Part shown: positions 47,461 through 58,882 of the stretch, in pieces
Layout: each line of letters begins with the position of its first letter
How positions within the stretch are numbered: position 1 is the stretch's first letter
NCBI GenBank assembly: GCA_963819985.1
Contig: CAWFYH010000004.1
Span: 466,713-530,712, forward strand
Reading direction: 5' to 3'
Length of the DNA stretch: 64,000 bases
From: an uncultured Actinomycetota bacterium
Lineage (GTDB): Bacteria; Actinomycetota; Actinomycetes; DATJPE01
The notes under the pieces: generated by a model
What the model saw: the letters and a program-made list of their open reading frames with translations, nothing else
What the model was told of the DNA's origin: nothing
Databases searched by the model: none
Position numbers and translations under genes: made by a program

Positions 47461-47532
47461 GAGACTCAGACGCAGATCCAGACCGAGACTCAGACTCAGA
47501 CTCAGACGTCAGACCTCAGACTCAGACTCAGC
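47461..47532. repeat. imperfect hexanucleotide simple-sequence repeat (GACTCA/GAGTCT)n at the break point of the split MFS gene
   Basis: gagactcagacgcagatccagaccgagactcagactcagactcagacgtcagacctcagactcagactcag. In the minus frame it encodes (SE)n and contains the TGA that ends the N-terminal fragment. Confidence 0.8.
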
Positions 47533-48165
47533 TTCGGCGGGCACCCGGATGCGGGAAACGATCACAGCCGACCAGGCGAAGGTGGCCGCGTTGAACACCA
47601 GGACCGCTGGCACCGAAAGGGCAGTGATCAGGATGCCGCCGAGGGCAGGGCCGACGAAGAAGGCCAGGCTCTCGATCGTGCTAGCCGTCCCGTTGGCTGC
47701 CGTCAGCTCCTCCGGACGCGACACGAGCTTGGGGAGGAGCGCAGCCACCGCAGGCCGAAACGGTGCGGCGACCAGCGAGGTCAGCGTGGCGAGCACGAAG
47801 ATGAAGCCGGCCGGTGCCTCGCCCCAGATGAGCAGGGCCGACCCCACGACAAATGCACCACGAACGACATCGGTCGTGACCATCACGGCCTTGCGTGAAT
47901 ACCTGTCCACGATCGCCGAAGCGAACGGCGTCACGACGGCCATCAGCAGCAGCCGTACGGTCCCCCAGATGCCGACCGCGGTGACCCCGCCGACGTCATA
48001 GGCCCAGACGACGATCGCGGTCGCGTAGGCCCAGTCACCGATCGCGGAGCCGGCAAAGGCCAAGTTGATCCGACGCAGACCTGGGTTCTTGAAGACCGTC
48101 GAGAGCGAGGATCCGGTCTCGCTCAGCGCCGAACCGACTTTGGACATGCGCTCCCCCAACTCCAA
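47509..48165 (-). CDS. N-terminal half (first six TM helices) of the same MFS transporter; ends AEAESESEV inside the repeat tract
   Basis: 218 aa with an MFS signature (DRYSRK loop 2-3). See the C-terminal fragment above. Confidence 0.6.
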   Translation of the reverse strand: MELGERMSKVGSALSETGSSLSTVFKNPGLRRINLAFAGSAIGDWAYATAIVVWAYDVGGVTAVGIWGTVRLLLMAVVTPFASAIVDRYSRKAVMVTTDVVRGAFVVGSALLIWGEAPAGFIFVLATLTSLVAAPFRPAVAALLPKLVSRPEELTAANGTASTIESLAFFVGPALGGILITALSVPAVLVFNAATFAWSAVIVSRIRVPAEAESESEV

Positions 48166-48286
48166 GACTCGACCCGCACACGAGACGACGCGGGCACGAA
48201 CCTAGTGCTCTGCTCAGCTAGGCACAGCGCTTCGTCGATATTCGGACCTGGCCTGGTTGACCCGTGTTTGGCAGACTGGCCGGCGG

Positions 48287-48314
48287 CTGACTGTCTGTTC
48301 AGTCAGTTGACTCG
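48287..48314. promoter_or_regulatory. operator-like motif copy (minus-strand CTGAACAGACAGTCAG, overlapping a plus-strand GTTCAGTCAGTTGAC) 13 bp upstream of the acyl-CoA dehydrogenase GTG
   Basis: Same CTGAAC-N4-AGTCAG core as at 46379 and 49645. Sits in the divergent region between the MFS fragment and the ACAD gene. Confidence 0.5.
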
Positions 48315-48326
48315 AAAGGACCCGCC

Positions 48327-49514
48327 GTGGACTTCGCCTACTCCCCACAGCTCGCAGACCTCTCCGACCGGGCGACCCGGTTGGTCGCGGCGATCGAGCC
48401 GTTCGAGTTGAGCTGCGAGTTCGACAACGGCCTCGACGCCAACGCGCACGAGACGATAGCCAGTGCCGTACGGGCCGAGTCTCTGCACGCCATCAACATG
48501 CCGACCGAGTGGGGAGGCCAGGGACTCACCTTGCTCGAGCAGGTCGTGGTCCAGGAGCGGCTCGGACGGTTGACCAATGCGCTGTGGGACTGCGTCTGGC
48601 GGCCGGCGAACGCCCTCAAGGCCTGCACCGAACAGCAGCGCGAGCGGTGGCTGCTTCCGGGGATCCAAGGCCAGCGCCGAGACGCGGTGGCGATCACCGA
48701 GGAGCTGGCGGGCAGTGACCCGCTGGCCATGCGGACGACCGCGCGGCGAGACGGCGACGACTGGGTCATCGACGGGGTCAAGTGGTTCGTGACGGTGGGC
48801 GACGTCGCCGACTACCTGCTCGTCCTAGCCCTTGCGGGTGAGGATCGGGCCGCCACCATGTTCCTGGTCGACAAGGACACCCCAGGTGTTTCGATCGCCC
48901 GAACTCCGCGCTACATGCACACGTTCGTCTACGAGCACCCCGAGTTCGTCCTGGACGGCGTGCGAGTGAGTGACAGCCAACGCCTAGGCGAGATCGGCCA
49001 AGGCTATGAGCTGACGCGCGACTGGTTCACCGAGGAGCGGTTGATGATCGGAGCTCGTACGATCGGCGCAGCCGAACGGGCCTTGCAAGAGGCAACCGCC
49101 TGGGCGACAACGCGCGAGCAAGGTGGCACAACGATCGCGAACCACCAGCTCATCCAAGGCATGCTCGCCGACTGCGCCGTCGACATTGCCACCAACCGAG
49201 CGCTGGTCCACCAGGTCGCCTGGGAGGGGAGCCAGGGGATGGATCGCAAGACCCTGCACGCCAAGGCTGCGCTGGTGAAGCTGGCCGCGTCCGAGGCCGC
49301 GGGACGCGTCGTAGACCGCTGCGTCCAGATCTTCGGGGGGCGCGGCTACATGCGTGAGTACGCCGTCGAGCGGCTCTACCGCGAGCTACGCGTCGATCGG
49401 ATCTGGGAAGGCACCTCCGAGGTTCAACGCCTGATCATCGCCAACGAGATGGTCAAACGCGGTACGGATGCTCTGCTCTCCCTGTCCCGACCGCCCGCCG
49501 CTCCCCAGGCGTAG
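48327..49514 (+). CDS. acyl-CoA dehydrogenase family protein
   Basis: 395 aa. ACAD N-terminal, middle and C-terminal domains, and the terminal IYEGTSE-type motif (WEGTSEVQRLIIA). Confidence 0.85.
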   Translation: MDFAYSPQLADLSDRATRLVAAIEPFELSCEFDNGLDANAHETIASAVRAESLHAINMPTEWGGQGLTLLEQVVVQERLGRLTNALWDCVWRPANALKACTEQQRERWLLPGIQGQRRDAVAITEELAGSDPLAMRTTARRDGDDWVIDGVKWFVTVGDVADYLLVLALAGEDRAATMFLVDKDTPGVSIARTPRYMHTFVYEHPEFVLDGVRVSDSQRLGEIGQGYELTRDWFTEERLMIGARTIGAAERALQEATAWATTREQGGTTIANHQLIQGMLADCAVDIATNRALVHQVAWEGSQGMDRKTLHAKAALVKLAASEAAGRVVDRCVQIFGGRGYMREYAVERLYRELRVDRIWEGTSEVQRLIIANEMVKRGTDALLSLSRPPAAPQA

Positions 49515-49644
49515 CCGGACTCGATCCGCGCCAGACCACAGACTCATCACGATTTGGTCCGCATGAACCCCAGTGCGCGCACCGTGACTGACAATGGCCC
49601 AGCAAACACCACCCTTGTCATCGGCGCTCGTTCTCGACAGACTT

Positions 49645-49663
49645 AACTGAACAACCAGTCAGG
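49645..49663. promoter_or_regulatory. operator-like motif copy AACTGAACAACCAGTCAGG upstream of the ABC transporter substrate-binding protein gene
   Basis: ~50 bp upstream of ATG 49715. Third copy of the shared motif. Confidence 0.5.
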
Positions 49664-49714
49664 AGAGCCCGACTACGGAGACCCGACAGCCCCTTGCTCC
49701 CAGGAGGACCCGGC

Positions 49715-51007
49715 ATGCCTTTCGATCCCAAGCCCACCGACCGAGCCCCGCAGAGGCGACCGCAGCTGGCCCGCCGCGACGTCCTCCGGCTCGGAGGCTT
49801 GGCCGCCGCTGGCCTGACGGCCGCACCCCTGCTATCCGCCTGCTCGCGCGACTCGAACAACACCGCCACCACTGGCGGCACCGGCGCCTCAGGCGGCACC
49901 GGCGACGGGCCTTACCCGCTGGCGCGCCCGGATGCGCCGGTCACCCTGCCGATCTTCGACGACACCCCGGCGATTGCCAGCGGGCAACAGATCGAGAAGG
50001 TCTCCGCGCTGCGCGTGCTGAACTACGCCGACTACATCGCCCCCAAGGTGAAGAAGCAGTTCGGGCAGAAGTACGGCGTGGAAATTCAGGTCACTCCCTA
50101 CAACAACTATGACGAGATGCTCACCAAGCTCACCGCGCCCGGCGCCGCGTTCGATGTCGTCTTTCCAGGGCCGAGCTATCTGAGCCGCATGGTCTACGGC
50201 AAGCTCCTGCAGCCTCTCCAGCATTCCTACGTACCCAACCTGAAGAACGTCTGGCCGGAGTACGAGGACCCGTGGTACGACCAGGGCTCGCAGTACACGG
50301 TGCCCTACACCGTCTACACCAGCGGTATCGGATATCGCACCGACCGCGTCACCGACCCCTCCGAGGGTTACAAGATGCTGTGGAACAGCGCTTACTCCGG
50401 CAAGATGGGCGTTCTCGACGATGCCGGCGAAGCGCTCGCTATGGCGATGCTGGCCTGGGACATCACGCGTGACATCAACACGGCCGATCCCGCGCTGGTC
50501 CAAGCCGCCCAGGACAAGCTGGACGAGCTGATCCCGCTCGGGGTGAAGGTCGACATCACGCAGTACGAAACGATCGCAAGCGGCAAGTTCACGGTTCACC
50601 AAGCCTGGTCGGGCGACATGATCGCAGCCAGGTGGTATCTGCCGAAGGGTGTGAGCACCGACGTCCTTGGCTACTGGGTCCCCGAGGCCAACACCGACCG
50701 CGTGATCGGGAACGACAACATGGCGATTCCCGCGTCCTCCCCATCACCTGTCCTGGCACACACCTTCCTCAACGAGCTGCTCGACAACGATGTCTCCGAG
50801 CTGAACTTCAGCTGGAACGGCTACCAACCCCCCCTCACGAAACTGACCGCCGACTATCTCATCAAGCAGGACTACATCAAGTCGAACATGATGCCCGCGG
50901 TCGTCGTCCCCGCAGATTTCGCCTCAGAGCTCCAGTTCTTCGAGCGACCGCCTGCGGTAGAGAACATGTGGCTGGCCGCCTTCCAGGCGTTCCAGAGTGG
51001 CGGCTGA
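49715..51007 (+). CDS. Tat-signal lipoprotein; polyamine-type (PotD/PotF-like) ABC transporter substrate-binding protein
   Basis: ATG behind CAGGAGGA. RRDVLRLGGLAAAGLTAAPLLSACS Tat/lipobox. PBP2 PotD/PotF-like body. Confidence 0.8.
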   Translation: MPFDPKPTDRAPQRRPQLARRDVLRLGGLAAAGLTAAPLLSACSRDSNNTATTGGTGASGGTGDGPYPLARPDAPVTLPIFDDTPAIASGQQIEKVSALRVLNYADYIAPKVKKQFGQKYGVEIQVTPYNNYDEMLTKLTAPGAAFDVVFPGPSYLSRMVYGKLLQPLQHSYVPNLKNVWPEYEDPWYDQGSQYTVPYTVYTSGIGYRTDRVTDPSEGYKMLWNSAYSGKMGVLDDAGEALAMAMLAWDITRDINTADPALVQAAQDKLDELIPLGVKVDITQYETIASGKFTVHQAWSGDMIAARWYLPKGVSTDVLGYWVPEANTDRVIGNDNMAIPASSPSPVLAHTFLNELLDNDVSELNFSWNGYQPPLTKLTADYLIKQDYIKSNMMPAVVVPADFASELQFFERPPAVENMWLAAFQAFQSGG

Positions 51008-51911
51008 GGTTTTAGCGGGGGGGCGACGCGACGCCTCGACCCGCTTTCTATGGCCGATCCTCGCGCTTCCGGGAACGGTCTGGCTCATCTTGCTCTTCCT
51101 GGTGCCGTTCTACGGGATCATGGCGGTCGCCTTCTCGAGCCAGCTCGACCTCCTCGGTCAGCCCATCCCCGAATGGAACCCTGCCTACTGGGACTTCAGC
51201 GTCATGCAGTCGGTGCTCAGCCAGTCGGTGGATGGGATATATCGGTCGGCCTGGGAGCACACGTTCATCTACTGCGCTATCGCCATGTCGATCTGCGTCC
51301 TGGTGGGCTACCCGGTCGCCTACTACGTGGCGCGTCTCGCAGGCGGCAACCGTGGCCTGCTGCTCGCGCTGATCCTGGCCCCGTGGTGGATCAACTACCT
51401 CACCCGAATGCTCGCGTGGGTCGGGATCCTCGGCGACGAGGGCTACGCCAATGACATCGTCACCAAGTTCGGGTTCGCCAAGGTCGACTGGCTGGGCGGG
51501 CAGTGGTACGTCGTCGTCGCCGGCCTGGTCTACGGCTACTTGCCGTTCTTCATCGTCCCGCTCTACGCCTTCCTCGACCGCATCGATCAGCGCATGATGG
51601 AAGCCTCGCGCGACCTGGGTGCTAACGGCTTTCGTACCTTCTTCCGGGTGACCTTGCCATTGAGTCGGGTCGGTCTGATCACCTCGCTGGTCATCACGGC
51701 CCTTCCGATGTTCGGCGACTACTACACGAACACCCTCGTCTCGAACTCTCCGACCACCGTCATGATCGGCAACTCGATCGAGAGGTCGATCCAAAGCGGC
51801 TTCTCCAGGTCACAAGGAGCCAGCCTGGTTCTGCTGCTGTCGGCGGTTCTCCTCGTGTTCATGGCGTACTACCTGACCATGACCATACGAACATCACGGG
51901 CGGCTCGATGA
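50997..51911 (+). CDS. ABC transporter permease (PotB/PotH-like)
   Basis: Six TM helices and an EAA loop (EASRDLGANGFRTFFRVTLPL). Confidence 0.8.
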   Translation: MAAEVLAGGRRDASTRFLWPILALPGTVWLILLFLVPFYGIMAVAFSSQLDLLGQPIPEWNPAYWDFSVMQSVLSQSVDGIYRSAWEHTFIYCAIAMSICVLVGYPVAYYVARLAGGNRGLLLALILAPWWINYLTRMLAWVGILGDEGYANDIVTKFGFAKVDWLGGQWYVVVAGLVYGYLPFFIVPLYAFLDRIDQRMMEASRDLGANGFRTFFRVTLPLSRVGLITSLVITALPMFGDYYTNTLVSNSPTTVMIGNSIERSIQSGFSRSQGASLVLLLSAVLLVFMAYYLTMTIRTSRAAR

Positions 51912-52894
51912 CCACCATCGGGATCGACTCGCCGGACGCCTCTAAGGCATGGGACGAACGCGGTCGCTACGTCCCCCCACCGACATCGGTGAAGCCAGCC
52001 AAGAAGGGGTTCGTTCCGCCTTGGCGAAACCCTTGGCGCCGCCCCTACGTCCTGGCGACGATCACCTGGGTCTACGTGGCCTGGAGCCTCGTGCCAGTCC
52101 TCATTGCGATTCAGTTCTCGTTCAATGACTCCCGGTCTCGAAGTTCGTGGAACGGATTCACCACCGACTGGTATTGCTGCGGGGGCCCCGACTCCATTGC
52201 CGCCGGTGCATCCGTTGCCGAAGACCCAGCGCTGCTCCTCTCGCTGAAGAACAGCCTGATCCTCGGTGTTCTGGCCACTCTCATCTCGGTGCCCATCGGC
52301 ACTGCGCTCGCCCTGGGCCTGACCAGGTGGCGCTCCCGGACCAGCAACGTGGCCAACGGCGTCTCGCTGTTCCCCCTCGTTACACCCGAGCTCGTTCTCG
52401 GATCAGCGCTCTACCTGGTGATCACCAACCTCTACGTCGGGATCGGACTCGGTCGTACGGCGCTGCTGCTCGGCCACATCACGTTCTCGATCTCATTCAT
52501 CCTGGTCATCGTGCGTGGTCGACTGGTCAGCATCGGCCCCGAGTTCGAGACCGCAGCTCAAGATCTAGGCGCCACGCGCATGCAGGCGATCCGCACCATC
52601 CTGCTTCCACTGCTGGTTCCCGCCATCTTCGCAGCGGCGATGATCACCTTCGCCGCGTCACTCGACGACTTCGTTGTGAGCAACTTCCTGTACGGCGACG
52701 CGAGCAACATCACCGTCCCGGTCTTGCTGTACAGCGCGGTCAAGGCGGCGCCGTCCCCGGCCCTCAATGCTCTGGCCACCATCTTGCTGGTCGGAACGAT
52801 GACCGCCCTGGTGCTCGCCTACATCGTCTTGCGGTTGCGAAGAAGGGGCGAGGGAGGCTCAGCCCTGGACGACCTGGCCGGCATCGAGATGTAG
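51908..52894 (+). CDS. ABC transporter permease (PotC/PotI-like)
   Basis: ATGA-coupled to the preceding permease gene. EAA loop AAQDLGATRMQAIRTILLPL. Confidence 0.8.
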   Translation: MTTIGIDSPDASKAWDERGRYVPPPTSVKPAKKGFVPPWRNPWRRPYVLATITWVYVAWSLVPVLIAIQFSFNDSRSRSSWNGFTTDWYCCGGPDSIAAGASVAEDPALLLSLKNSLILGVLATLISVPIGTALALGLTRWRSRTSNVANGVSLFPLVTPELVLGSALYLVITNLYVGIGLGRTALLLGHITFSISFILVIVRGRLVSIGPEFETAAQDLGATRMQAIRTILLPLLVPAIFAAAMITFAASLDDFVVSNFLYGDASNITVPVLLYSAVKAAPSPALNALATILLVGTMTALVLAYIVLRLRRRGEGGSALDDLAGIEM

Positions 52895-52944
52895 CTTCAG
52901 TCGCAGACTGGATCGAGCACAGCACGCCTCTCGGCTGAACCGAC

Positions 52945-54090
52945 TCAGCCGGCCGCAGCCACCGGGCCACTGTCGGTCCACGCGTGGTCCTCGGAGTGCT
53001 CGAGCACTCGCAAGGCGTCGGAGAGCATGCGCACGCGGCAGGCGTCACCGGAGCTCCACGGCTCCTCGTGCACGGCATTGGTGACCAGGGACTGCACGGA
53101 GGAACCATCCGGCAGTCGTACAAACACCTGCGAGGTCGAGCCCAGGTAGACCACGCGTTCGACCATCCCCGGCACCCGGTTGTCCCCGGTGCCGTCACCC
53201 TCTTCGAGGTGGATGCTCTCCGGGCGGATGACCGCCCGCCCCAGCCCAGTCGGGAACCCCTCTGGAATCTGAGCATCAAGGGTGAACTCACCCAGGCGGA
53301 CACGGCCTGTTCCTCCGCCGCCGGACTCGACCGTGACATCCAGCAGGTTGGCGACACCGAGGAAGTCGGCGACGAACTCGCTGCGCGGAAACTGGTAGAT
53401 GTCGCGCGGGGCGCCGAGCTGCATGATCCGCCCCAAGCTCATGACTGCCAGTCGGTCCGACATCTCCAGGGCTTCCTCCTGGTCATGGGTGACAAAGACG
53501 AAGGTGATGCCGACCTCGCGCTGAAGGCTTGTGAGCTGGGCTCGCAATGAGTGGCGGAGCTTGGCGTCCAACGCGCCGAGTGGCTCGTCGAGCAGCAACA
53601 CCGAGGGCTCGAGCACGAGGGCTCGGGCCAGTGCGACCCGCTGCTGCTGGCCTCCCGAGAGCTGGCTGGGACGGCGCTTGGCATATTCCGACATCTCCAC
53701 GAGCTCAAGGGCGGCATCCACCTTCGGCTTCCGCTCGCCCTTGCTCACATCCGCCCAGCGCAGCCCGTACTCGACGTTCTTCCACACATCCATGTGTGGG
53801 AACAGCGCGTAGCTCTGGAAGACGGTGTTCACCGGCCGCTTGTGCGGCGGGGTCTGGGCCACGTCGGTGCCATCGATCATGATCTGGCCGTCCGTGGGCT
53901 GCTCGAAACCGGCCAACATCCGAAGGGTGGTCGTCTTGCCGCAGCCGGAAGGCCCGAGCAGCGAGAAGAACTCTCCCGAAGCGATGTCGAGGTCGATCCC
54001 GTCCACCGCGATCGAGCCGCCCTCGAACTCCTTGCGGAGCCCTCGAATCGCGATCGATCCGCCGCCGGTCCCCTTCGCGTCGTCAGTCAT
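52945..54090 (-). CDS. ABC transporter ATP-binding protein (PotA/PotG-like, with a C-terminal TOBE-type domain)
   Basis: Walker [10 protein letters not shown], signature [15 protein letters not shown], Walker B LLLDEP. Convergent to the permease genes. The first ~110 codons of the ORF lack a protein-like pattern, so ATG 54090 (or 54117) is the likely start. Confidence 0.8.
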   Translation of the reverse strand: MTDDAKGTGGGSIAIRGLRKEFEGGSIAVDGIDLDIASGEFFSLLGPSGCGKTTTLRMLAGFEQPTDGQIMIDGTDVAQTPPHKRPVNTVFQSYALFPHMDVWKNVEYGLRWADVSKGERKPKVDAALELVEMSEYAKRRPSQLSGGQQQRVALARALVLEPSVLLLDEPLGALDAKLRHSLRAQLTSLQREVGITFVFVTHDQEEALEMSDRLAVMSLGRIMQLGAPRDIYQFPRSEFVADFLGVANLLDVTVESGGGGTGRVRLGEFTLDAQIPEGFPTGLGRAVIRPESIHLEEGDGTGDNRVPGMVERVVYLGSTSQVFVRLPDGSSVQSLVTNAVHEEPWSSGDACRVRMLSDALRVLEHSEDHAWTDSGPVAAAG

Positions 54091-54171
54091 GAACAGGAGT
54101 TTAGGTGTGCTCGCCATCCTGCGCGCAGACAATGCTGAGTATTCAGACAGGCTCTCGCTACTCTGCTCGGG

Positions 54172-54579
54172 ATGAGCGAACACGGCACCGCGGAGGGGCA
54201 CAGCGCCGCCGAGCTGGACGCCGCTCTCGGGCTCACCCGGGCCGCCGACGACGGCAACCGAGCGGTCTTGCGCCTGGACCCGTCCGATTTGGCCATCGGC
54301 GCCACGGACCCGGTCGCCTACCTGCACGGCGGCGCACTGGCGACGTGCGTCGACACAGCCGCCTGGGAGGCCGTCGTGAAGGAGAGCGCCGAGAGCTGGG
54401 TGGTGGCCGACCTGCGTATCGACTTTCTTCGGTTGGCCCGGGCGGAGCCGCACCGAGTCTCCGCGGTCGCTCGAAGGGTCGGTCGGTCACAGGCTGTGGC
54501 CGACGTCGAAATCGCGTCGTGGGACGACCCCGGACGTGTGGTGGCCCTCGGCCGAGTCGCCCTGACCAGGGTCGGTTGA
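54172..54579 (+). CDS. PaaI-family hotdog-fold thioesterase
   Basis: 135 aa with the PaaI-like pattern (HGGALATCVDTAAWEAV...VADLRIDFLR). Confidence 0.65.
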   Translation: MSEHGTAEGHSAAELDAALGLTRAADDGNRAVLRLDPSDLAIGATDPVAYLHGGALATCVDTAAWEAVVKESAESWVVADLRIDFLRLARAEPHRVSAVARRVGRSQAVADVEIASWDDPGRVVALGRVALTRVG

Positions 54580-54580
54580 G

Positions 54581-56581
54581 TCAGCCGACGGTGAAGGTCC
54601 TGGGCGTCGAGCAGTCGCTCACGTTGCCTGCGGCATCCTCGGCCTCGGCGCTGACGGAGTACGTCTCCGGGGTCAGCGGACCGAGCGCGATGCCAGCCGC
54701 ACCGAAGGCACCGGCTGTCACCGATCCCACGGCCGGACCGGTGCAGTTGGAGCTGAGATAGACCGTCACCGTGCTGCCGGGTTCGGCCGTACCCGTGGCC
54801 AGCGGGTCTTGATCCGGACCGTCGGGGATCGGCTCGACCTCTGGCGCATCCGGGGCGGTGGTGTCGACCTCGAAAGCGAACGGGTCGGAGCAGTCCCCGA
54901 TATTGCCTGCGCCGTCGGTCGCCCGCGCGACCACCTGGTGTTGGCCATCGGCCAGGTTGGGGAGCCCACTGATCCCTGGTCCGGCAAACGTTGCGGCCGA
55001 GCCCGCCGCATCTGCACCGCCCGCGCAATTCGCCCCGACCCATACCTGCACCTGAGAGCCGGCTTCCGCCGTACCCCTGACCAGCGGTGCGGAATCAGTC
55101 GTGGGTGACCCGCCGACGATGCCCAGTCCGGTCGGCTTGTCCGGGCCGATGGTGTCGATCACCAGGGGTAGCTCGCTACAGGAGCTCACGTTCCCGGCAG
55201 CGTCAGTTGCGTTGAACCGGATCGTGTGGGGCACATCGGGTGTCAGCGGCCCCACTGAGACACCAGCAGCAAGCTCAGCCGGCGTGAAGATACCGATGGG
55301 GGTTGCGGAACAATTGGTGTCGACGAACACCTTGACCTGGGAACCCGCCTCAGCGTGGCCCGTGACCTTCGGCGAAAGGTCTTGGGTCGGGCTGGTCGGC
55401 ACCGATGCCAAAGCGTCGGGGGCGTCTGGGGCGATGTCGTCATGGACGTAGGTGAACGGGTCGGAGCAGGCAGTGTCCGTGCCACCAACGGTGTTGGTGG
55501 CACGCACCGACACGACATTTGCGGTGTTGGCCGTCATCGGCACCGTGATTCCCGGGTCTGCGAACTCCGTCGCCGAACCTGAGGCGATCGGTGTGTCGCT
55601 GCACGAACCGTTCCCGAAGACCTGAACAGTCGATTCCGCCGGCGCGATCCCGATCAGCTTGGGGTTCTGGATCGGGCTGGGACTCGGCGGGTTAGAGGAC
55701 AGGATCTGCGGCTGCAACGGGCCATCGTCGTCAAGCAGGGTCATCGACGTGGGGTGCGACGGCAGCTTGACGTGGGAAGGTTTCGACCAGGCGATCGTGA
55801 AGGTCTCGTCGGGCTCATCCTTTGCGTCGCCAAACACGTCAACCTTGATCTTCTTGGTCGTTTGCCCTGGCTTGAAGTTGAGGACGGCGCTTCCGCCGGC
55901 GAGGTCGGTGCCGAGCGAAGCCGCACCGCTGATGAGCTTGTAGCGCGCCGAGATGGGCTTGCCGCTGGGCGCCGACAGCACAACGGCGATCTTTCGCTTG
56001 ATCGGCAACGTCGAGGTGCCCTCGATCACCGTCCGGGTCGGCACGGTGATCTTGGGGCGCGGATCGTCGTCGCGAATCGTCGCGGTGGCATTGGGTTTGG
56101 CGATCTTGACCCCGCCGGACGCCTTGCTCAGGCGGACTCGGAAGGTCTCCTTGAACTCGTCGAGGGCGTCGGCGTTGACCCGCACGAACAGCACTGTCGA
56201 GGTCGCGCCCTTGGGGATGCTGGCCTTGGTGCCCTTGCGCACTGGCTTGAAGTCTCCAGCCGACGCCGAGGCAGTTCCCGCCTTGGTGCGCCAGGAGAAG
56301 GTGATCTTCTTGGGGGCCGGCTTCGACAGCCGTACCGAAAATGCCACGAGCCCCTGACCACCGGTGCCCTCGACCAGTGTCGCGTCGTAGACGCGCAGCT
56401 TCAGGGTGGCCGCGGAGGCTGGTGGCGCTGCCACGACAACTGTCGCCAAACCGAGCGTCACCGCGACGAGCGCCACCCACAGACGGCGTACGGCTCGCGG
56501 CACGTGGCACTCCCCCGGCGGAACGGGACCTGCTGGCTGATCGGCAGCTGACGTGCACCCACGATGCCAGACCAGCGCCAC
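54581..56581 (-). CDS. large secreted protein with Calx-beta and repeated Ig-like (Big) domains
   Basis: Signal peptide (VALVAVTLGLATVVVAAPPASA). Calx-beta-like segments (ATIRDDDP..., TLLDDDGP). Four copies of a ~90-aa unit containing GTAEAGSQV.V.V..NC...P.G and ATDAAGNVSDCS. The true start is probably an internal GTG near 56500. Confidence 0.65.
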   Translation of the reverse strand: MALVWHRGCTSAADQPAGPVPPGECHVPRAVRRLWVALVAVTLGLATVVVAAPPASAATLKLRVYDATLVEGTGGQGLVAFSVRLSKPAPKKITFSWRTKAGTASASAGDFKPVRKGTKASIPKGATSTVLFVRVNADALDEFKETFRVRLSKASGGVKIAKPNATATIRDDDPRPKITVPTRTVIEGTSTLPIKRKIAVVLSAPSGKPISARYKLISGAASLGTDLAGGSAVLNFKPGQTTKKIKVDVFGDAKDEPDETFTIAWSKPSHVKLPSHPTSMTLLDDDGPLQPQILSSNPPSPSPIQNPKLIGIAPAESTVQVFGNGSCSDTPIASGSATEFADPGITVPMTANTANVVSVRATNTVGGTDTACSDPFTYVHDDIAPDAPDALASVPTSPTQDLSPKVTGHAEAGSQVKVFVDTNCSATPIGIFTPAELAAGVSVGPLTPDVPHTIRFNATDAAGNVSSCSELPLVIDTIGPDKPTGLGIVGGSPTTDSAPLVRGTAEAGSQVQVWVGANCAGGADAAGSAATFAGPGISGLPNLADGQHQVVARATDGAGNIGDCSDPFAFEVDTTAPDAPEVEPIPDGPDQDPLATGTAEPGSTVTVYLSSNCTGPAVGSVTAGAFGAAGIALGPLTPETYSVSAEAEDAAGNVSDCSTPRTFTVG

Positions 56582-56651
56582 TTCTCGAAACCGGCGAGTG
56601 GACCCCCGCCGATGGGCCGATCGGGTGACCCAGCTCCCCTACCAAATGCGA

Positions 56652-56683
56652 GAAGGGCGGTCCCCCATCGGGGGACCGCCCTT

Positions 56684-56684
<1 letters not shown>
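56652..56684 (-). terminator. 15-bp-stem / 3-nt-loop GC hairpin followed (on the minus strand) by a T-containing tract; putative groEL terminator
   Basis: GAAGGGCGGTCCCCC-ATC-GGGGGACCGCCCTTC is a perfect inverted repeat located after the repeat array downstream of groEL. Confidence 0.55.
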
Positions 56685-58728
<2,044 letters not shown>

Positions 58729-58882
58729 CCCGGCCGAGGCCCCGTCCTTCTCCACCACCCGCGCTTCACCCGCTGGAGCATCCCTCTGAGCGTCGCGAAA
58801 TCAACATAAACCGGACAGAACGTCACGAGTCAGGGTGCGTCTGCCGGGTGACGCGCCGAAAACGTGGGCGGAGGAGAACTGG

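Noticed and set aside
54131-54150. CTGAGTATTCAGAC palindrome between the ABC ATPase and PaaI thioesterase starts, considered as a fourth copy of the island operator.
   Set aside because: The spacer is 4 rather than 8 nt between CTGA and TCAG arms, and it lacks the AAC/ACCAG core. It is mentioned only as a weak relative.
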